A stretch of 64,000 nt of DNA from positions 8,723,408 through 8,787,407 of the forward strand of contig CAVNZM010000009.1 of NCBI GenBank assembly GCA_963693365.1, written 5' to 3'. The notes under the pieces were generated by a model. That model was not told where the DNA came from. It worked only from the letters and a program-made list of their open reading frames with translations, and made no database searches. This document shows positions 57,791 to 64,000 of this stretch, one piece after another. This stretch comes from Amoebidium appalachense. Its lineage: Eukaryota; Protista; Ichthyosporea. The position numbers and the translations under genes were made by a program. Numbering within the stretch: the stretch's first letter is position 1; each line of letters opens with the position of its first letter.

Positions 57791-57880
57791 GTGCTTAGGT
57801 CCCAAACTTTCCCCCAACCCACCTGCGAGAAAGGACAACTGTGTCTTTAGAGGAGATGTGTGTGTGTGTGTTTGTGTGAG

Positions 57881-58163
57881 CCCAACCACATCAGCAGAGT
57901 CATCCTGCTCCAAACAGAACTCTTCTGCAACAAACAGAATTATTCAGCTAAAAGCAGGATTACTCTGCTTCCGGCAGCAGAATAAACCTGCTTAAAGCTC
58001 AATAGTTCTCAGAATGCTTTTAGCAAGATAAGAATATTATGCTGTACTTCAACTAAAAGCAGAATAGTTCAGCTTTTGCAGAATAACTCGGTTCTGTTGA
58101 ATAATTCTGCTAAAAACAGAATATATCTGCTGGGAGCAAGTTGACTCTGGCGATGTGGTTGGG
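57881..58163. mobile_element. ~283-bp palindromic MITE with CCC ends
   Basis: Imperfect 31-bp TIRs: CCCAACCACATCAGCAGAGTCATCCTGCTCC / GGAGCAAGTTGACTCTGGCGATGTGGTTGGG. An inner inverted pair CAGAATTATTCA/TGAATAATTCTG and repeated GCAGAATA are present. No clear TSD. Confidence 0.75.
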
Positions 58164-59055
58164 GCCTTGAGTGGTTCGGGGGGCCACAGGAGACCGTTGG
58201 TGGAGGCCAGTTGATCTGTGGGGGTTAAGGAGATAGTTGGGGGCATCAGGCCGGCCGTTTTAGGGGGAGGGGGGGGGAGGGGAAGGGAAAGGGGGGGGGG
58301 GGGGGGGAAGGGGGAAGGGGGGGAAGGGGGGGAAGGGGGGGGGGGGGAGAGAAGGGGAGGTAGGTGGGGGGGGGGGGGGGGGGGGGGGGAGGATAATATG
58401 CCGGGTGGCGGTGGAATGTTTGTGCTACACGGTTGTGTGCCGTTTTTTTTTTTGTTTGTTTAGGGGGGGGGGGGGGGGGGTGGAGGGGAGGGCAGGATAA
58501 AAGGGGGGGGGGGGGGGGGGGGGGGGAAGGGGGGAGTGAAGACTACTAAACCCTATGTGCTGGAGCTCGGAACGAGCTTCAGTGAGGGAAAAAGAGTGGT
58601 GTGCATAGTATTCGATGGATGACAAGAAGTGAGCGAGGACACTTGAAAATAAAAAGCCATGATTGCACGTGGTTGGGATGGGGGGGGGGGGGGGGGGGGG
58701 GGGGGGGGTCAGATGGGAAGGAAAAGGGACGGGAGTTTGTGTGTGTGTGTTGGGGGGGGGGGGGAGGGGGGGAACGGGGGGAGGGCATATTCGCACCGAA
58801 TGCACCTATGGACGTCCAATAAAAACTTGTATTTTTCCCATAATGCCACAGTGTTGTGCCGGCATAACGGATAGAAAAATACAACCTCAGAGCCCACGGT
58901 TTCCATTAAACGCTTTATACACTTTTTACCACAGGTACAAGTTGAACATGTAAACATTCATGTATTGCCCAATGTAGTCACATAATACCGCAGCACACAC
59001 ACCACACGTTCACAGCAGACACCCAGAAATATAGCTCGCCCGATAATTAAAACTT

Positions 59056-59130
59056 GGCATCCTTGATTCTACACACGCGACTATGATCTGTTTATTAGAT
59101 GTGTTGACTGGCTTGAGCAACACAAACACA

Positions 59131-59189
<59 letters not shown>

Positions 59190-59477
59190 ATGATACCGAG
59201 TGTTCCAGGGGGTGAAGGTATTTTAAAAAAAAAAAAAAAAAAAAAAACGGGGAATCCAACTAATTGATTTCCTTTTAGTTTGATATGGTGCTTCATGGAT
59301 CTGAATAAGAAAACCCTAATATATAACCATATCCCTACATCCATGTACAGTACCTGATGTGATAACACTGAGGGGTTTACCCTGTTTACTCGAGGCAAAG
59401 AGGGGATATACCAAGCAAATATCCCCCCATACCTGAGACGGGTCTCTCTTGTGCCTCGAGTGAACAGCGTAAACCCC
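59056..59477 (+). mobile_element. Older, diverged 5'-truncated LINE copy (end of ORF2 plus 3' UTR) with a nested inverted 3'-terminal fragment
   Basis: Encodes RDYDLFIRCVDWLEQH (compare RNYDLFIRCIDWLEKH), then (CA)n, an A-tract and a UTR ending GCGTAAACCCC. An inverted ~30-nt terminus lies at about 59372-59402. Confidence 0.9.
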
Positions 59478-59533
59478 ACTAAGATATCGAATCCAATAAA
59501 TGTCATTGAGGTTGCAATTTCCTCCTGCCCCCC

Positions 59534-59564
<31 letters not shown>

Positions 59565-59695
59565 AAAAAAAAAAAAAAAAGAGGGGAAAACCGAAGAAAA
59601 AGAAAAGACAAAGGGTAAGATAACGGCTTACATATTGTTGGATAGTATAACTGCCACGGCAACTTTGTAAGAAGACGAAGACAGTTAACAGTGTC

Positions 59696-60862
59696 TTAAT
59701 GCTCATATGCATGCAACCACTGAGCTATCATATATTTCTTCATATACACCTCCCAGAGTCGGATGACATCATCTGCGGGCATAGAGGCAAGCAGTTCTGT
59801 CTTCAAACGTCGTTTGTCTACCACTAGGTTCTCGTAATCAATACAAATTCTTTCCCACTCCAGGGTAGTCTCAGCAGTAACCCGCTCACAAATTCGCTCA
59901 ATCATCCACTCCTCCCATGTCACCTGAAAGTTATTGCGCCCCATCGCCGCGTACACGTGCAGGCACGCATCTTCCTTCCAAAAAGCATCATTGTCTCTGG
60001 GTATGCTCAACACATTTTTCACCAGCCAGTCACGCACAATTACAACGTCGTAGAACCCGGCCATTTCAACCAATCGTACGAGCGCTTTGGTGTGGTCGCC
60101 ATTTTCCTCCTCCGTGTTTTTTTGTGCTACACGTGGAAATTCTGCCCCCGGGGTCCATTTATGCGAGTTTTCTTTTACCTGCAAGTTGAATTTCTGTCGT
60201 GTCACCTTTTCGTGCAAGTTGAGGGCGGTCACCAAAAACGTGATCAATTCCGTATATGTGAAGTTTGGCGATGCAACATTCCCAGTTTTGGTGGTGTGTG
60301 TCACCGTAGTTGTATCTATATCAAAACTCCCTTTGAGCATCACGGAAAACACGGGGGATATGGCGCACAAGAATTCCTTAGGGGCAATGATGCGGTCAAA
60401 TTTGGGAAGTTTTTCGGTGGTCTTTTCACCGCTTGCACAGGTTTCGTTGGTGTCGGTTTCCTTGAGGGGGTTTTCCGTTGCACTGGTGGTGGTGGTGGTA
60501 GTTGTGTTTTTGGTGGTGGTAGGAATCGTGGCGGGAATCAAAAGCTTAACGAGGGGTGCAGCCGAATTGTTTTCATCAGACCAAGAGAGGGAGGAAGGAG
60601 ACCACGTAGACATGCGCAGGTGGTAGGTGGAGAGGATCTGGTGGGGGTGGATGGTGGTGGGGATAGGAGGGTTTGTGCCTTCTATTCTTTCTTTTTCCTG
60701 CTTGTGTTCGTGTGCATAGAGAGGGGTGGGTGGGTTCTCAGTTATTTTCACGCTGTTAGGAAACTGGACAGTGATGGTGGTGGTGATGGTGCGTGCTTGC
60801 AGGCAGCTACGGATGGAAGAAACCCCGCGAAGGAGCTGCGGGGAGGCAAGTCTCTTCCACAT
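59696..60862 (-). CDS. BTB/POZ-like family member 7 (long subfamily, intact, 388 aa; mitochondrial-presequence-like N-terminus)
   Basis: ATG at 60862 (MWKRLASPQLLRGVSSIRSCLQARTITT); motifs IIAPKEFLCAISPVFSVML, LVRLVEMAGFYDVVIVRDWL and FWKEDACLHVYA. Confidence 0.82.
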   Translation of the reverse strand: MWKRLASPQLLRGVSSIRSCLQARTITTTITVQFPNSVKITENPPTPLYAHEHKQEKERIEGTNPPIPTTIHPHQILSTYHLRMSTWSPSSLSWSDENNSAAPLVKLLIPATIPTTTKNTTTTTTTSATENPLKETDTNETCASGEKTTEKLPKFDRIIAPKEFLCAISPVFSVMLKGSFDIDTTTVTHTTKTGNVASPNFTYTELITFLVTALNLHEKVTRQKFNLQVKENSHKWTPGAEFPRVAQKNTEEENGDHTKALVRLVEMAGFYDVVIVRDWLVKNVLSIPRDNDAFWKEDACLHVYAAMGRNNFQVTWEEWMIERICERVTAETTLEWERICIDYENLVVDKRRLKTELLASMPADDVIRLWEVYMKKYMIAQWLHAYEH

Positions 60863-61556
60863 GGTGGTGTTTGTGTGCAAGTAGAAAAATAGTTCGAAGA
60901 CTATTTTTAGGAGGTGAAGTTCCCAAACATAAGCAAGGTAAGTATTATCTTTATAAAAAAGGTACCGTAGTAACGGAAATAATACTTTGTTTCCTTTCGT
61001 TTTCTCCTTGCTCACTGATTAAGATCAGTTGATGTGTGGCTTTTTATGCTGTTGCCAAACGCATCTGCAGCTATTCTCGTGTTCTTATTGACCCTGTGAA
61101 CTCATGGTCCTACACATGCAAGGCGTGCTTTGCCGCGTCAGCGTGTGTATGTACACTTACATACCAACAAAAGATGAAAACTACATAGTGTCACTGAATT
61201 GTGGAGCTAAAAACGGCCTCGTGTACAGAACGTCAACAATAAATTAACTCGAAAGAGAATGATTGCAATAACAACAACCTACAGTACACGAAGATTTTTT
61301 ATCAGCTCGTGACACGCAGGTACTTTTTAATGCCTCAGCAAGTAACATGTTTATGTCCAGCCTGCAAAAGTGCTCCAATGTGAGAAAAAAAGATACCACT
61401 CACGTTCGAAGTGTTTTTTTCCCCCCTCCTTCCCTCCCCTGCGGGGTGTACGTACGTGTGATTGTGCGTGCTTGTGCGTGTGCGTGTGTGTGAGGGGTGT
61501 GTGTGTCACAGTTATTGAGTGTGCAGTGTGGGAAAACGTCTTTTTTTTTGTTTGTT

Positions 61557-61602
<46 letters not shown>

Positions 61603-62211
61603 GGGGATAGGAATTCTAAAGGGGAAAATGCAAATATGTAGATAAAAAAACAATATGTACATTATTTGCGTACGAGGACTTTTTCTTTGGTATGTATGTA
61701 ATACATGCTCCATCAAAAGGTTGTACAAATAACCTGAAAAGATCTGAGTCACGCGACTTAGTGGTTTGGCAAAACGAACATGATCTTGAGCACGAACAGC
61801 TCAAGCATCAAGCAAAACACGTTCACTGTGCTACTTAGTGTCCTACAAAAACACATGCATGTGTGTGAGACTCGGACAAAAAAAACAGCCTTTTGAAGTG
61901 TAGCAACGTGATTCTTCTTTCATTTTTGACTCTTTTCGACAATCTGTTTGTTCGAGCCTTACATATTATGAGTGTAGTACTGTTGCAAAGTCAGGTTATT
62001 GTACACTTGTAAATATTGGAAAACGAGGAACGGGCTAGAGGTCTACACAACAAAAGTAAAAAACAGAATCTTCTCCTGTTACAGAAGACACAGACACACA
62101 CAAGCACATGACAAGCAGTTGAACCTGCAGGCTTATTAATGAGCTTTCCTTCACATTGGCTTTCATTTTGTATTTTATTACATACCTGCACATTCTATAT
62201 ACTCACTCACT

Positions 62212-63120
62212 ATGGACACCCAAACCCACACCGTGACCATGCCTGAGTGGGCCGTTCCTCCTTCGTCACCAAACACCAACACAGCTTCAAATTTCTGGCG
62301 GCAGGGGGCACCTCTTGTCACCCTCCTTGTAGGTGAGAAGAAATCCACAACTCCCTCTCTTACAGCACCAAAAACCACCACAGAAACACCGGCGTCAGAC
62401 GCACAGACAAACCAACAGGACTGCTATGATATCATAAAAGCACCAAAGGAGTTTTTGTGTGCCATTTCCCCCGCGTTTTCTGCCATACTCGAAACCAAGA
62501 ATCAGATCAACAACGCAGAATCTGCATATGTCGAGGGGCAGAAGGGAGAGGTGAGGGTACCAAATTTTGAAACATGTACAGAAGGAATGTTATCTTTCCT
62601 TCACATTGCCGCCCCATTACACACATACAATTGGACACCCGAAGACAAAAACAATATCGTACGGTGGCAAACCAGTTGAGCGGAAAACTACAGAAAATCA
62701 TCACAAAATCGTGGACAAGTTCGGATAAGTCAACATCGAAAAAACCGTTTTCACCAGAATGAAGGTGGAGATTGTTGGTCCTGAAGTGACCGAACCTCTG
62801 TTTGTTCGCTTGGTGGACATTGCAGGATATTACGACGCGAAACTGGTTCTTGAATGGCTTGGTACACGGGTCGGTTCTTCCTCCAGAAACCACAAGTTTT
62901 GGAACACCGATGCATGCCTGCACGTGTATGCTGCATTTGGGAGGGCAGAGACTCGGATTGGAGTGGGAGCCGTGGATGTTATGGCGGATTGTAGACAGGG
63001 TTACAATAGAGAGGTTTAATGTCACAAGCCAGGATAAGAACCAATATATTTTGGATTTAAAATATGAGATTAATAAGAAGTGTACAAAGAGACATTGTTG
63101 CCGAGCTCTGGGATGTGACT
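62212..63120 (+). pseudogene. BTB/POZ-like family member 8 (short subfamily), frameshifted
   Basis: Motifs MDTQTHTVTMPEW, APKEFLCAISPAF, YVEGQKGEVRVPNF, LVDIAGYYDAKLVLEWL and FWNTDACLHVYA; frameshifts near 62675 and 62955. Confidence 0.78.
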
Positions 63121-63600
63121 TTAAAGGGTCGAGCTGTGTAGGGTCAATGCTACTACATACGTGATTACACATACACTCCTGGTGCATTCGTTCCACTAAG
63201 TATATTCGTTTTTCATGATCAACTTCACAGTTTTGGTTAACGAAAGTTTAATGTACCATACAGTCACCATTGCAAGATTTTTTTGTTGGAAAATCATCTG
63301 CTCATCTCAGGTACCTGTCTTATCCTAAATATATTCTAATATTGTTTCTGACGGTATTTTAAATAGTATTGTATTTGGTATGCCAACGGTTGGTTTTCCT
63401 TGCACGGTTAGAGACTTCCTTTTTGATCACCTTGACTCTATAAGTTAACGGTTGGGCCAATCGTTCACCTAGCTTTGTTAGTGGGAATGGTTGCATGCAT
63501 TTTCTGGTGTGAGCTTATCATCAACTTGCATATGCATGTGCACGCGCATGTGCTTGGGTGTGTGGGTGCTTGCGGGCATGCATTTTTTTTTTCTCTTTTT

Positions 63601-63646
<46 letters not shown>

Positions 63647-63677
63647 AGGGTGGGTTAGGGGTGGGGGTAGGGTGTGT

Positions 63678-63708
<31 letters not shown>

Positions 63709-63851
63709 GGGGGGGTTTGAATGCGTCAAAAAGTACGAAGTACACAAGAACAAACGGATAACACGATGCAGAATGGAAGCCATACATAAAGAGTATGCAT
63801 AATTAGCAGAGCCCATCCTCAGGGAGGGCCCACGTCATCCACAGTACCGGG

Positions 63852-63883
<32 letters not shown>

Positions 63884-64000
63884 AGGTGGGGGGAGGGAGG
63901 GACCAAAAAAAAAACGTGTGCGTGTGTTTTTTCTTTTTTCTTTCTTCCTTTTTCTCTGCTTTTCTTTCTTTCTTTTTTTTTTTTTTTTTTTTTTTTTTTG

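Noticed and set aside
52780-60892. Long antisense ORFs over the BTB genes (e.g. 52780-53592, 59957-60892) and over the LINE
   Set aside because: They are shadow frames of the real minus-strand ORFs with no independent motifs.

Overview
Eukaryotic nuclear DNA, very rich in microsatellites and long G/C homopolymers, so most ORFs in the track are translated simple repeats. A unicellular opisthokont such as an ichthyosporean is my guess at the source; the sequence does not prove it. Layout: (1) 1-8500 is a repeat-dense block with a 359-bp palindrome-rich satellite, minisatellites, an intronless F-box/LRR-like gene and a short coiled-coil ORF. (2) A near full-length APE+RT non-LTR retrotransposon lies at about 10019-13841+ (minus strand), with four more 5'-truncated copies in the window. 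All end in ...GTAA(A)CCCC rather than poly(A), and the family shares a covarying 3'-UTR pseudoknot. (3) A 17-exon GPATCH1 orthologue spans 14675-32268, with an intronic tRNA-Glu(CTC) and unusual microsatellite-defined splice sites. (4) 34.8-63.1 kb holds a birth-and-death cluster of 8 intronless, divergent BTB/POZ-like paralogues; one subfamily carries a mitochondrial-presequence-like N-terminus. (5) Two copies of a ~200-nt poly(A)-tailed, TSD-flanked retroposon have a covarying multi-pseudoknot RNA fold, and two MITEs are present. All alignments and folds were done by eye; no searches were run.
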